A DNA stretch of 64,000 bases from Camelus ferus (Eukaryota): positions 51,896,001 to 51,960,000 of the forward strand of contig NC_045697.1 in NCBI RefSeq assembly GCF_009834535.1. Direction: 5' to 3'. Within the stretch, counting starts at the first letter, position 1. Every line of letters begins with the position of its first letter. Below the pieces are notes generated by a model. The model was not told where the DNA came from and searched no databases. It saw nothing but the letters and a program-made list of their open reading frames with translations. The position numbers and the translations under genes were made by a program. This document shows positions 49,628 through 63,229 of this stretch, piece by piece.

Positions 49628-50027
49628 TCTTAGTCAAGGTTCTGCAGAGAAATGGAATCAACAGAATGTGTGTGTGGAGGAGGGTGTAAGGAACTGGTTT
49701 ATGTGATTGTGATTCTGGAGGCTGGCAAGTCCAAAATCTCCAGGGGATGCTGGCAGGCTGAAGACCCCAGGAAAAGCTGATATTACAGTTCAGATCAGAA
49801 AGCCACCTGCTGGCAAGAAATTGTTATTGCTTAGGGGAGGTCAAGCTTTTGTTCTGTTCAGGCCTTCAACTAATGGGAAAAGCCCACCCATATGGAGGGC
49901 AACTGCTTTACTTAAAATCCACGAATTCAAATGATAATCTCACCTAAAAATCCCAGCACAGAAGCATCCACAATCATCTTTGGTCACTGTGGCTCTGCCA
50001 AATTGACACATAAAGTTAGCTATCACG
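49628..50027 (+). mobile_element. ERVL LTR (MLT2-type)
   Basis: ttagtcaaggttct...ggctggcaagtccaaaatct...aaattgacacataaagttagctatcac. Confidence 0.85.
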
Positions 50028-51057
50028 CCCTCCAAAGTACCCATCTTCCATCCAAGCATCTAGTTTTGCGTGAATTTTCTTTTTTTTTTAACAGATTTCA
50101 CCTTGTACCTTCACTGATCATTTTGATAACTCTTCAAACATATTTGTTAAGCAAACATGGGTGATCACACACACTCAGTTCTGTGGAATAATACTTTTGG
50201 GAAGAAAAGCAGACAGTAGCAGAATCAGATGTGTGTGGGTATACTGCTACCCACAGAATTCTGAAATAACACACAGGGATCTAGTCACACGAGACATCAA
50301 ACTCCAGGAGAGAGACCCTGTCTTTTGCTGCATGATTCGAGAAGCAAGAGTCCCTGCCCTGTTGTGACTATGGGTTGGGATCCAGTGCAGCTCTGCCTCT
50401 TCACATTCGTTGGTTGGAAGGTCACCAGCCGCTCTTCCGGTGTGATGAGAAGTCTAGGGTTTACGTCTCACAATTTTAGCTATGTGGTGGGCCAGTGGCC
50501 TGATGTGCTACCTCAGTGTTCTTCTTGAATTAATTGCCTAAAGGATTTGGCTATAGTTGGTCTCCATGGAGCTCTGTTGGACGCCAAATCTTCTCTGAGT
50601 GGACAACATGGACAAATTAACTCTTGTCTAACTTAAAAACATTTTTTCATGCTTTATGAGATGCATTTATCCATGGCTGACAGTGCATATGTTTGTTTTC
50701 ATAATCTGTGATCTGAAAATTAAAGTCCTTTGAAACTATCTTAATAAGCCATCCATATCTTTACTTTTCATAGGTAATGTTTTTCTATCTCTGTCTCCAC
50801 AATACTCAGCCATCAGTTTGTCAGGTGAATTGTCCTCAGACACTTGCTTCAGAATGCCAGTACCCATCCCACTGAGAGTCATCAGATCGCTCTGCTGAGA
50901 AGCATACACAGACATGTACCTTTCTCAGCAGAGTGTCTCAGTCATTAATCACAATGCCTGGCTCTTCCTTGGGGGTCTGGATTGAAACATGCCTTCTGTT
51001 CAGTGACGCCTGCAAGATTTTCCTAGTTCCTTGAGTAGCTTTCTATTGTTTGCTTAG

Positions 51058-51372
51058 AATGGTGTTTTTCACCCCTAGGCACATGTTTAAATCCCCTGGA
51101 AACTATCAAACTAACGGCATCCCACTACAGACCAATTAAAAGAGAATATCTGGGGATGGTGATCAGGTGTGAGTGTTTCTTTGAAACTTTCCAGGCGATT
51201 CTGAAAGGCAGCTGGAGTTGAGTCATCGCTTTGGCAGAGTGCTTCTCAAACACTAAGATAAAATGAGTCATCTTTACATCTTGTTAAATTTCAGATTCTA
51301 ATTCGGTACGTGTGGAGCAGGGCCTGAGATCCTGTATTTCCTATTGGGGACCACACTCTGAGTGGCAAGGTG
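51058..51372. mobile_element. hAT-Charlie MER5-type elements (two adjacent)
   Basis: ccaggcgattctgaa...ggagttgag; gcttctcaaac...gggaccacactctgagtggcaagg. Confidence 0.7.
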
Positions 51373-54289
51373 AAGTTCTTGGTTCCCTCTCAGTGGTTTT
51401 ACCTTCATGTCGAAATATGTCTTTATTCTAATTTGTCACCTTTATTCATCAGTATTCATCAAGTGCAAATGTTGTGGACATGACTTTTCCCTCTCTTTCC
51501 TGCTAAATAGCAACAATCCTTTGTGAGATGCAGTTTTGAGCTTCCCATTTTTACATCATCTGAATGTTAGAGCCAAAAAGAACCTTAGAGAAGAATCTGA
51601 TCCGGTAGTTTCAGGAGTGCTCCCAGAGCCAGGAGGCCTGAGAGGGCACTTGGGAGGTGTGGGGGGAAAGTGGATAGGTGCAGACGAGGCTGAAATCCAT
51701 TCCAATGAGGAAATTATACGTTTTTGGTTTGTTTCACTCTACAATGTGTTATTTCAGTTAAAAGGTTTTTCAGTTGAAAAGATAGTAGGAAAAATACTCA
51801 TTTTGTCATTTCAAAGATGAAAAACCTGAGGCACAGATGGTAAGTTATGTACTTAAGTGCATTAAATATTCAGTAACAAATTCATAAAGTTTCTGTGAAT
51901 GAAAAAAAAATCACTGGCAACATTAAGTTATAGCACCTGCTAACTTTACAGTGTGAAATGGGATAAAACCATCTCATGGTAATTTTGCCTTTCGTGTCTA
52001 TTAATATACCTGTGACCTTGTGTTTATGTATACGTGAGTCATCAAAGATACAATGGAAAAAAATCACAATAATAATTGTATGCCTCCAAGCACATAGCAG
52101 ATAATGCAATAAACCACGGAATGAAAAGATTAAACTGTACAAATATCCAACAGCTCAGCTAATGCACACATTGGCATTCCCTTCCCTTTATTTCTTCCGG
52201 CTCTTCTAAGAACCTATGGAGTTGTATAGCAATCAGAAGTTGCTGTATACAGTATTTTTTCTACTTTATGGATTATAATCAACCTTGATTCTCTCTTCTC
52301 TTTGGAGGGAGGCAAAAATAAGACATACAACTGCACAGTAGGGGCAAAGAGATGACGTCGCCATCTTTCTGTAGTTACGTCCTGTAGTGTGACAGCATCG
52401 TGCAGCATGGCCACTGGGCAGCACCCAGAAAAGCCATAGTTGAGCAAGTAAGCTAAAGAAAACGTGACAAGGTATTAGCAGGGGGAGACTGGTGTACGGT
52501 CCTCCTCAGTGCTTGTGATAGGCTTCGCTCATGTTCATGCCTGGAGAAAAGAGGAAGCAAGGGCTATCTGCTGACACCTAGAACAATTCATTTGAAACTG
52601 TGGTTTCAGAGGATGTATGAGTGACTTTCTAGGGAATCCAGGGCAGAGTGGAAACAGGTGTATCTATCTTCTGTGATCCTTGATGTATTAACCTTCTCTG
52701 TGCTATGGAATTTCATCAAGTTTGTGTTTATTATAAAAATCCAGTTTTATGTTTGACATTATAGGGCATTAATCTTCAATTATCTTATTTCAACACATTT
52801 AAAACTACATTTAAATGAAAACATTTTAGCTTGTATTTCTGTTTCAGTCAGCAGCATATACATAGTGCAATTATAGTTTAGCTTCTAGGTAAATGCCTCT
52901 GCATGTGGAGGTTGGAAAGAATACAAAATATCATGGGTGGGTTGGAAGGACCAGTAAACCTTGCTTTTTCTTGAAAAACGTTTCCCAGTTCTCTGCAGTC
53001 TTCCTCTATCTGTGTTCTGTATTCTTTTGTGGTTCACCCATCAGTGTGATTCTATCTACTTCCCATCTTTTTGCAAAAATACTTTATATGCTAATTACCA
53101 CCTCCTGTTCTCAGCAATGTTATGCACTTATTGCTTTTGGTATATTTTGTATTACAATTTGAATGTTATTATGAGATACAAGGAAGATGATCAGATTTGC
53201 TCCTCCAAATGCATTAAACACTTAAAATATTTTCAGTTTTTAAAAAATGTATGACACATCCTTGTTTCATGCCACATGTTACATCAGCTTCCCAAGTATA
53301 AGTATTAAATAATAGCAAACTAATCATGAAATTGTTTAGAGGTTAAATTCAGATTTTGACTCCCTTGAATTGAACAGGGAAATGCTATAGACACAAGCCA
53401 TAAAGATATAAAACCATAAAACCATAAGACCTTAGTGTTTGCTGTGGTTCATTAGATTCTCAAGGACAAAAGTGAAAGTCCTGGAGTCAGCATGAATAGT
53501 AGGTCAGCAAGTAGCAGGTACACCCATCACTCTTCACTTCATTTTGAGCACTGGGATAGGTCTGTGTGATCAAGACGCAGCCCAGTTCTCTCACTCCTCT
53601 CTTCATCTATAATCTTTCTTGGTAGGCAGTTTCTAAATTGCTGGCCTTGAGGAGAAAGACCCGGACAAGACTCTGTCCTTTCCCCCCCATTTTGCTAGTT
53701 TATACTGAGTTAAACTGGCAGCCCTGGTCTTAGACCTGCCAGTCTGAGCAACCTTTGGCTTGACCACCTTGAGCTCATAATTTCAAGGCTCTTCATATCC
53801 ATCAAATGCTTTTCTGATGTGAAACCAGAGTCCTTATAACCACCTGTGGTTCAGTGGCATTTATTTAATCTAACCTTAGAAGAATTAAAAATTTCATTCC
53901 ATAGGAAACCTAGTTCTCTTTCCCTGTCTTTCTACAACAATGGATAATGGACACTCTGAAGAAAACATCCCGAAGAGGATAGGCACAGAGAAGTTATTGT
54001 CTCCATGATTTTACTAGATTCAGTTACGAACCCAATTCTTGGGCATAATTCAGTTTGGAACATCTTGATTCCTAGCTATATGCTCGGCATGGAATGGAGG
54101 AATAGGGGCTGGACAAACTGAGTACACCATAAGCATTAAATCAACACGCTTACAATTTCCCTTGGAAAAAAGAGATACTCATAGAACGGATTGGAAACGA
54201 TGTATGGCAGCAGCTGATTGGCTTCTCACATACCTGACACTCACAGTACATGCTGTAAGAATCCACAAAGTGGAAGGATACTTCATGTT

Positions 54290-54550
54290 TCTAGGCTTCA
54301 GCTTTTGTGTCTGTCTGAAGTGGTGGGTAGTGAAAACATTTACCTCATAGTATATAAGGATTCAGTGAGATGATGACTGTAAAGAGCTTAGCACAGTGCA
54401 CGCCACATAATAAACACCCATTAAATGCTGATACCAGTTAGAATTTGGCTCCATTGCTCCCTTATTACTGTGATCTTAGAGAATTCCCTTCACCTCTGTG
54501 AGGTCAGTTCCTCACCTGTAAAATGGGGATACTTACTGCTGCTATATGGT
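54290..54550 (+). mobile_element. MIR fragments
   Basis: gtaaagagcttagcacagtg; cagttcctcacctgtaaaatggggata. Confidence 0.7.
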
Positions 54551-54873
54551 AATAAGGTTCTCCACTAAACTGCACCACTAACATCAGGTACAATTTTATG
54601 AGAGCAAAATTTACGTCTCTATCTTGTTAAGCCAATATATTTTTGGACTCTGTTATAGTGGCTTGACCTTTATCCTCACATCCGTGTATATACACATACA
54701 TAGTTACACATCAAATAGCGTAAGTGTTTGAAACATCTCTGATCATCAGAGATGAATACCCTGAATTAGGGAGCACTTTTACAGATTGCTGAGGAAAAAG
54801 TCAAATAATCTAACCAAAAAGAGAGCAAAGGATATGAAGAGGGAATTGACTAAGACAGAAATGCAAGTGAATA

Positions 54874-55355
54874 TGATGGGGTTCAGAGGAGGCCGTCCCA
54901 GAAAGTGCCACTTTGGCAGGCGGATTATTTCAAGCTGAAGATGATTAAGGACCAATAGACTCAAGAAAATCTCTTTGTCTCTCCCTTAACTGCCTAAAAC
55001 AACTTAGATAGGGAGCCTGTCCCAGAAAGAGGGCTATTATCAAACATACATATCATTTTTTACATACGAAAGACTTCACGTGGCGTGACAAACATTCCTC
55101 TACCAAACATTTGTTCCCATCCTTCAGGGAATTGTCTTCCTGTCCTTTGGAGTCTCAGACCCCTCCCCTACTTCTCAGCTCAGGATTGCGTGTATGCCTC
55201 AACTGCCTGACTTTTGGGGAGCCTCTCAGGTCTTTGTGAAGCTCCTATACATATGTAATTAAAGTTGCTTTTCTCCTGTTACTCTGTCTTATGTCTATTT
55301 AATTATTAGGCCAGCCAAAGAACCAAGACAAAGGGAAAAGTTTTATTCTCCTACA
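54874..55355 (+). mobile_element. ERV1 solo LTR (MER34-like) inserted into an old L1
   Basis: TGATGGGGTTCAG...CTCCTACA; 4-bp TSD AATA on both sides; ATTAAA near 55258. Confidence 0.85.
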
Positions 55356-56074
55356 AATACAAGTGAAGACAACTGAATACAAATGAATCAAATTGAATAA
55401 AGATTATTTTAATGTCCAGCTGCGTAACAATGAAATGAAATGAAATATGGGGATACAAGTCCTCTTTTAATAAACGGGTGAGAAAAAATTTGTTTTACTG
55501 AATATGCAGTATTTGAGAGTGTGTAAGTGAATAAATTCTCTAACATCACTAAGTGTAAAATATTAAAACTTGAAGAAATATTTGACAGTGTGTATTAAAA
55601 CATAAAGAAATGTACATATATTTTGGTCAAGCAATTGCATTTTTTGTTAAGACTAGTCTAAGATAATCATAAATATGCCCAGTATTATATAACTGCATCA
55701 TTTTATAGATTCAAGAAGCAACTTATATTTCTAACCACAGATAATAATAAATTAAGGTATAGTATTAATATGAATACAATATTTGAGAATATTAAACAAC
55801 ATGGAAACATTCTTGATACACTAAATGAATAAAACGTTATAAAGTATACACCCCAGAATCATAGCTTTATTAAAGAAAGCATGTACTCATGCCCCAAAAT
55901 GACAGCAAGAGCAGTTATCACTGGGTGACCACACAAGAAATCATTTTACTTTGTCTGTTTTTCTGTATTATCCACTGTTTTCATTATAATCTGAATTATT
56001 TTTAATATCTAAAATTGAAATATAACTCAATTACAGATAAAATGCAAATTAAAACTGGAAAATATTTGCAACTA

Positions 56075-56615
56075 CTTGATTAATTTGTTCAATAAATATT
56101 ATTGTGTATCCATTATGTGCCAAACACTATTTTAGACAATGGAGATACAGGGATAAGATAAAATCTCTGCCCTTCTAGAATTTACCCTCTGGTAGGGCAT
56201 ATGTACAGTACACAGGTGAATAAATGAGTTCTGAAGATAATTACAGATAATGAGAATTGCTTTGAAGAAATAAACAAGGCTCAGGTGAGTTTTGGGTTGA
56301 CTCCTGAAGTATGAGAGAGCAAGGGTGTGGAGGGCAACAGGGAAAATAGTTCTGGCAGGAAGAAAGCAGGTGCAAACCCAGAAGCAGCAAAGAACTTGGC
56401 AAAGATAGAGGAAGATACAGGCAGGCAGTGTGAATGAAGAGTGTGGGGCTCGAGGTGAGGTTAAGAAGTGGACAGGGGCAGAAAAAGTAAAGGTGTGAAA
56501 GTCTTAGTAAAGAGTTTGCTTTTTTCCAAAATTAAAAAAAAAACTGTTAATGGCTTTTAAGCAGAGAAATGACATTATTTTTAATGTTTTTTAAAAAGAT
56601 CATTCTGCCTGTTAT
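56075..56615 (-). mobile_element. L2 fragment
   Basis: ttcaataaatattattg...tatgtgccaaacacta; ttttaagcagagaaatgaca. Confidence 0.7.
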
Positions 56616-58228
56616 TGAGGACTAATAAAAAATTACATAGTAATAAATAAAAAGCAAAAACAATAACAAAAAATACAATGAGAAAATGGCCAAAGAATGA
56701 GAAGAGGAATAAGTGTAAATTGGTAAGAAACACAGAACAATGTTCAGCTATACTAGTAATCAAAACCACAAGTTTCAATGACTTTCTATAGTTAAAGCAG
56801 CAAAGCTGAAGAAAGAAATTTAATATCTAAAGAAATGTAATAGTTAAAGATACTGTGAGGTAGGCAATAACAAAGGCATTCTTAATTACTCGGAAAAGAC
56901 ACACGTACAGGGTGCTGATTAAGAGGTGTTTAGAATAAGTGTCTTCACTATTTTTTTTCCTTAAAGGGGAATTACATGCAATTTTTGTACCATTCTGTAT
57001 TTCTTGAAAACTCAACAAGTAACAGGTGTTATTTTTATGATACTTGTTCTTATATTTTATAATATGTACATTTTATAATAAAGAAATGGTTACTGAAGAA
57101 GTCCAGAATAAGTTCATCACAACACGTAGACTGTGTGATGTAGAAGAAATAATAAAGTTTGCAAAAGTATTGGAAATACGTAACACTTACATATTCAAAT
57201 ATCACATAGCCTAATTTAATTGAAAATGCAGCAAGTATTTTCCCGAAGGCCTATGATATTGAAAAACTTTTAAATTGAACCACATTAATGACTGAAAAAA
57301 TACAGTGGGTCCAAGCCCAGGTATTTATTTTTATATGTCAAACTATTTGTTGTTTTATAGTTCCCAGTTTTCTAGGGACTATCTCACTGTAGAATAAAAG
57401 CCAGTACTTGCAACTGTTGGCTTTACATAATCATAACCTAGCAGAATCCGGGGACTCATCATTCTCTTTTTAATAGTGGTACTGTTTACTAATCCGGTAG
57501 GACCGCTAGACTTACAGGTTGTGCCAGTAGGAAACCTGGAATAACTGGTCTTGCTCTACACAGACTTCACGGGAGTCTAATGACGATTATTGAACATCTC
57601 TGACTAAGCGCTTTAAAAGAGCGCTACCATTCTTCTGCCAACAGCTGCATTATTAAAAGATTTGCTTCTTTATATCAGAGGTTCTATTCTGTTAGAAAGG
57701 AGGTCAAGTTGGGATCCTGAATCACCTCTATAAGAAACACGGGTTTGGCTCAGGCTTAAATTCATTCAGGAAAACATTAAAAAGCCAACAATAACTCCTA
57801 TGGAACAATGTTATGACTTTAAGAACTTTAACTGTTATCTTTGAAAGAAAACAAAATCAGCCTTTAAAATACAAAGAAATACAGTGTCCCTTTATTTGCT
57901 ATTGCAATTCTTATTTCTAAGAAAGCCAAGTACACATTAAAAAGCACAAACAGATAAATAGTTCTGGAGTCTAACATTTCAAATTCGAAAGCAAAGGGTG
58001 AATTGACAAAATGTGCTCTCATGCAAAGAACTGCTCATATATCACCATTCAAGGAAATGCGTGTGTTACAAACACATACAATACATGTTTGACTGATACA
58101 CAAATAGCTAAATTGGAAAAGAACAAGCTTTGAAAATTGGTCATAGAAAACAGATTAATCCAGGCAAATTTGTATATGAATCTCTGTACATTTTTTAAAT
58201 ACAATAAGATTGATTACAAACAAACCAT

Positions 58229-58234
58229 TTTATT
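58229..58234 (-). terminator. Candidate proximal poly(A) signal of NPFFR2 (another at 57891-57896)
   Basis: TTTATT on + strand, ~120 nt after the stop codon. Confidence 0.45.
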
Positions 58235-58354
58235 TACTTTTTTCCAGACAGAGCACCTAGCATTCTTAGAATAACTGCCGTACAAAGCCATAGGAAGCAA
58301 CAGTATTTCGCTATATAATACAAAGGAGAGTTAAAATCATCACACCAGCCCTCA

Positions 58355-59190
58355 TTACATCTCATTGCTATTGGTAAGTTCTTCTAATTCTTCCGTCATT
58401 AATTCCTGTATGGGTTTTTCAGCACTTTTGCTACAAAGCACAATTTCCTCTTGTGGGCTTTTAATTGTGAGTTCCGGAGCCGACAGATGAGATGTGGTTA
58501 TGACCGTGTTGTTTTTAGCTCTCAGGGTGTAGGCTTCCTTGGACTTCACTCTTTTTCTGCAGAGCCGGAGGCAAAAAGCATCTTGGAAACCACGGCGAAA
58601 ATTCTCATTGAAGAAACCATAAATGATGGGGTTGACGCTGCTGTTGCAAAAGGCCAGCCAATGTGCAAAGGGGTAGACGTAGATGTTGATGAGCCTCAGT
58701 TCATCTGGAGACAGGTCAGCATAGTCTGAGAGCATCATCAGAGTCCACAGGGGCAGCCAGGAGAGGATGAAAAGCAGGGCCACAGTCAGGAGCATCTTAA
58801 TGACCTTCTGCTTCTTCTTGGACACCATGTGCCACTGCTCCTGGTTCTGTGTGCCTCTGTGAGGCACCGTCGTCTTGAAGAGTGCAATTCCAATTCCTTC
58901 CATACATGATGACGATGAGGAACATGGGAGCCAGGTAGATGTTGGCAAACAGCACAGTGGTGTAGGTCTTCCTCATTTCCTGGTTTGGCCAGTCTTCACG
59001 GCACCAGTAGACTGGGCCTGTTTTATTCTGAGAGTTGAGTGTCACTCGGTAATATTTTTCTTCTTTCACATGTAACATTATTGCAGATGGGGCTATAATG
59101 GCGATGGCCAGGACCCAGATGATCATAATAATGACAAATGATGTCTTGATACTGAGCTTTGGTTTAAAAGGATAAACGACACACTGGAAC
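58355..59190 (-). CDS. NPFFR2: NPFFR2 terminal coding exon (ICL2 to C-terminus), interrupted in this sequence by a 1-bp insertion near 58894
   Basis: ttaattacAG acceptor completes DRF; TM4-TM5 in ORF 58797..59126, TM6 (SWLP), TM7 (NPIIY) and tail in ORF 58355..58948; length 836 is one base more than the required 1+3n. Confidence 0.93.
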
Positions 59191-59264
59191 CTGTAATTAA
59201 AGGCAAATATCAGACAAGGATTGCCTCATAACTTTTTATTGAGTCATGAATTAAATTTATTTAA

Positions 59265-59630
59265 GTAAATAATACCATATGATATCACTTATATGTGGAA
59301 TCTAAAAAAGAAAAAAGACACAAATGAACTTACTTACAAAACAGAAACAGACTCACAGAACAAACATAGTTACCAGGGGAGGAAAGGGGGTGGGAAGGAA
59401 TAAACTGGGAGTTTGAGATTTGCAGATACTAACTACTATATATAAAATATATAAACCACAAGTTTCTACTGTACAGCACAGGGAACTATATTCAATATCT
59501 TCTAGTAACCTATAACAAAAGAGATATGAAAATGAATATATGCATGTATATGTATGACTGAAACATTATGTTGTACACCAGAAATTGATATAACATTATA
59601 ATCTGACTATACTTCAATTAAAAAAAAAAG
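59265..59630 (+). mobile_element. L1 3' end in the NPFFR2 last intron (antisense to the gene)
   Basis: tcacttatatgtggaatctaaaaa...gactatacttcaattaaaaaaaaa. Confidence 0.9.
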
Positions 59631-61067
59631 AGAAATTACCATTAGCTAGAGAGACATGCACCATCATTTTGTGTAATTGATATATGAGATAAATTTCAAC
59701 TCAAAATATGAATAAGTTGAGTATATCTGACACTGTTAATAACTGAAAATACTAGTGGTAACTAGTCTGTAACAAAATGAGCATTTAATATTCTGTTCCC
59801 GGATCCTTTCCATTGGTTTGCATAGGTAGTCTCTTTAAGCGTTCCTACTTAAAAGATGGGGAAACAGGCTCTAAAAAAGTAAAAAGTCTTGCTCTTAATC
59901 ACACATGATTTTTACATAGGTATTTTTGACTCCAGAGCCCATATTCTTAAACCCTCTTTCACGCCCTTCTGTGGCCCCTCACGTATGATCTGTATGCTTG
60001 GCCGTGCAGCTTGCTTTGGCCAAGTGAACATTAGCAAGCATGGCGTGAGAAGAAGCATGAGTGATGTCAGCTGCAAGACACAGAGCAGGAGCACCCACCA
60101 CACAGAGGCACCCAGGCAATCCACAGAGTTGTGGGAAATATTAAAGCATTATTGTTTGAAGCCACTAAGCGTTCTCACAGTTGGTTTCACAGCTCTAAGA
60201 GTCTGAGAGTTTCCGTGTGAGTTCTGTTTATGCACATTCCCAGTGTTCCATGTCCTCTGGTGAGCATGAAGCTTCAACATCGCTATGTAGAGGGAGCCTG
60301 ATTCGTTTTACTGCTGTTTTGTTACTGTGATTCTTGATGTAATTACTGATACTCATTATGTTCATTATAAGATAATCAACCATACTGTTAGACAACTGTA
60401 TAACATTTTATATTTTTCAAAGTACTATCACATACTGAATCTTCTTTGATTTTTGTGATAACTCTGTAAAACCGAAGTGTTATGAAAATTATTACTGTCC
60501 AGATCTGCAGTTAAGGAAACTTAGAGCTTTTAAGTGGCCCAGCAGCAACTCCAAATTAATCTATCTAATATCTTTATACAATGACTAGTTAACTTGAGCT
60601 TTGACTGCTTTGTTGTCTTTATAGCTCCTTCAATGCATGTGTAAGACCTTCTCTCTTAACCTTCAAATTTTCATCTAGTCTTCTAATTAGGGAATTCTCC
60701 CATTTGCTCACCCTTAAATTATGGCTAATTCATAGGTGCAATTTTAGATATTTTGCTCTTTTTGTAACCATCGAAACTTCAAATATTATTTTTTCATTTA
60801 TCCATTCAACAAATAGTCTATAATATCTTGTTATAGTGGCCTGAACTAAAGCTTGCAGGATCCCTAATCATTCAATCTTAAAATATGGAAATCTGAGTAG
60901 TTTTATTTTCTTATTACTGAGCCTTTAGTACTACATGCCTTGCTCTTAAAGGGGTATATATTGAGCAGATATACCCAAATTTAGTAGATTATACATTTTT
61001 CACTGGTTAGGTGGATTAGTTGCATGCATACCCAATTTTCTGGATTTAGAGTTTGGTGCTGACCTAC

Positions 61068-61167
61068 CTGTCCACTGCTATTGCAACTAAAGTGAAGACT
61101 GAAGCTGCAACAGACATTCCCTGGACCAAGCCACTTATCTTACACATTGTGCTTCCAAATGGCCATC
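61068..61167 (-). CDS. NPFFR2: NPFFR2 penultimate coding exon (ECL1-TM3), (G)[32 protein letters not shown](R)
   Basis: minus-strand ttccctttcAG acceptor and GTAGGT donor; 100 nt, phase 1-2; class A GPCR WPFG...C and DR motif. Confidence 0.95.
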
Positions 61168-61214
61168 CTGAAAGGGAAATGGAACAGTTAGTCTTTGAAA
61201 AGATCATATATATG

Positions 61215-61218
<4 letters not shown>

Positions 61219-61266
<48 letters not shown>
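61219..61266. repeat. (TA)n microsatellite
   Basis: directly visible, ~50 nt upstream of the NPFFR2 exon acceptor. Confidence 0.95.
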
Positions 61267-61271
<5 letters not shown>

Positions 61272-61767
61272 TTCCTGAAATTATAAGGCGAAAGACATGA
61301 AATCAGATTGATGCAGCTGTTTCCAAAATGATATCTGGGGAACAATCAATGCATCGCATTATTTTTATTAATACATTCAGAGCTCTGTTTTTCAGGATAC
61401 TAATAATAATGTCAAAACTTATATGACTTAGTAACTTTTGGTAACAGCATTGTATACTCTGCAATAAATGCTTTGCATCTGTTAACATATCTAATCCCCA
61501 CAATAGGCTTTTGAAGGCTTTATTAGTCTCCTGATGATGTAAAAAAGGTAACAAACACACAAATTTAAACCCTAGCAGTATAATTTCAGAGCCCAAACCA
61601 TTAACCCTTATGCAATAGTGTCCTTTAAATGAATAAAACAGGAAGAACATTGGTTCTCAAATTTGCAAATGTATTCTATAACTTAAGAGGAATCAGGAGT
61701 TACATGTAGAATAAAGTTAATATTTAGTTATATATAACACAATGAAACAATTTACCTCAGAGATACT

Positions 61768-62141
61768 TTGTTAGGGAGTGAGTCTGTATTCCCTTCCAAA
61801 TTGCGATATGGAAGAGTTAACCCCCAGTGTGATGGTATTTGGAGGTGGGGCCTTTGGGAAATGGTTAGGTTTAGATGAGGCCATGAGGGTGATGCCCACA
61901 TGATAGGATTAGTGCCCTCATAAGAAGAGTAAGAAACAGAACTCTGTCCATATGCATGCACTGAGGAAAGGCCACGTGAGGACACAGCAATCTACAAATC
62001 AGAAAAAGGACCCTCACCAAGAACCCAGCCATGCTGGCACCTTCTTCTCAGACTCCTCGCCTCCAGAACTGTGAAAATAAATGTCTGTTGTTCAAGCCAC
62101 TCAGTATATGGCATTCTGTTATAGCAGCCTGAGCTAAGACG
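61768..62141 (+). mobile_element. MaLR LTR (MLT1A/B-like)
   Basis: gatggtatttggaggtggggcctttggg...ctccagaactgtgaaaataaatgtctgttg...gctaagac. Confidence 0.9.
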
Positions 62142-63229
62142 TTCTTTGAGAATAAAGAGCACTTTGCATGAACAAAAGTAGTCTGTTTGAATTACTTCCT
62201 AACTGAACTTCAGTTCCTAGAAGGTTTATAAAAGAAATTGGTAAAATTATCATATTTGATATTTGATATCAATCAAATCAAATTTAGTTTGATATTCTAC
62301 AAGCCCCTCTGCTATTACAGGAAAGTAACTCTATTATTCTTCCACTAGCAAAATATTCTCATTTCCTGAAAGATGAATGCTACATTTTTCTCAAATTTTT
62401 AAAATTTATCTTTTTAAAATATTTACAATTTGTTATTAAAATATTCTTACCTAATTAAAAAAATTCCAATAACCTAAATGATCCAGGAACACTTAAAAAA
62501 ATTTTTGTCATCTATCCAGACCACCTTAAAATAGGTGCTTGAATGGTTCCACTGAATAGAAATGAAAAGGAAACATGTCTTCCCAGTCCTAAAATTTGTT
62601 TGCTTGTTATAGTATTTACTGTTCAACAAAAATGCAAAAAAGTGTGTATAGCCACTCTCACCAAACTCGACTGACATGATAGCACTAGGACAAAAAGAAC
62701 GTAAATCCCCAGAAAGGAGGTGCCAGACACTAGTGAATGTAAATTTGGGAAAATAACACAATTGGCTGAATTATGTATAAATGCAATTGGATGCCTCTGG
62801 CTTTTCCCCAGGCCAGTGGAAGAAAGGAGGTTACTCTCTGAGGAGGTCAAAGCACAGGGAATCTAGACACTGAGTCACCACCTACAGGCAGAGTGGGTGT
62901 CACAATGATGAGAAGGATGAAGTGAAAATACACGTACACTCGGCATAGGATATTGCTGGTTCAGAGACCAGCTGAGCTCCAGGATGCAGCAGCCAGCCTC
63001 ATGTCCCGATGGCAGTAGATGAGAGAATTTCCTTCCGGGGAAAGTTATCCTTCCAAGAACACTGACGAATTTTGACCGGCAGATTTTTTCAGTTGTGGAT
63101 TTCCCAACGAATCACCCAGACTAATGAAGCTGAGCGTGGGCTTTAACCCCAAACCCCAGGCAGGCTGAGTTTCAAGGCAGCCGTACAGGGCCTCACTCTG
63201 AAACACACACATCTAAGTCGTAGCTGACG

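Noticed and set aside
58885..58900. Programmed ribosomal frameshift or micro-intron rescuing NPFFR2
   Set aside because: No X XXY YYZ slippery heptamer and no GT-AG micro-intron at the site; a simple 1-bp insertion explains it
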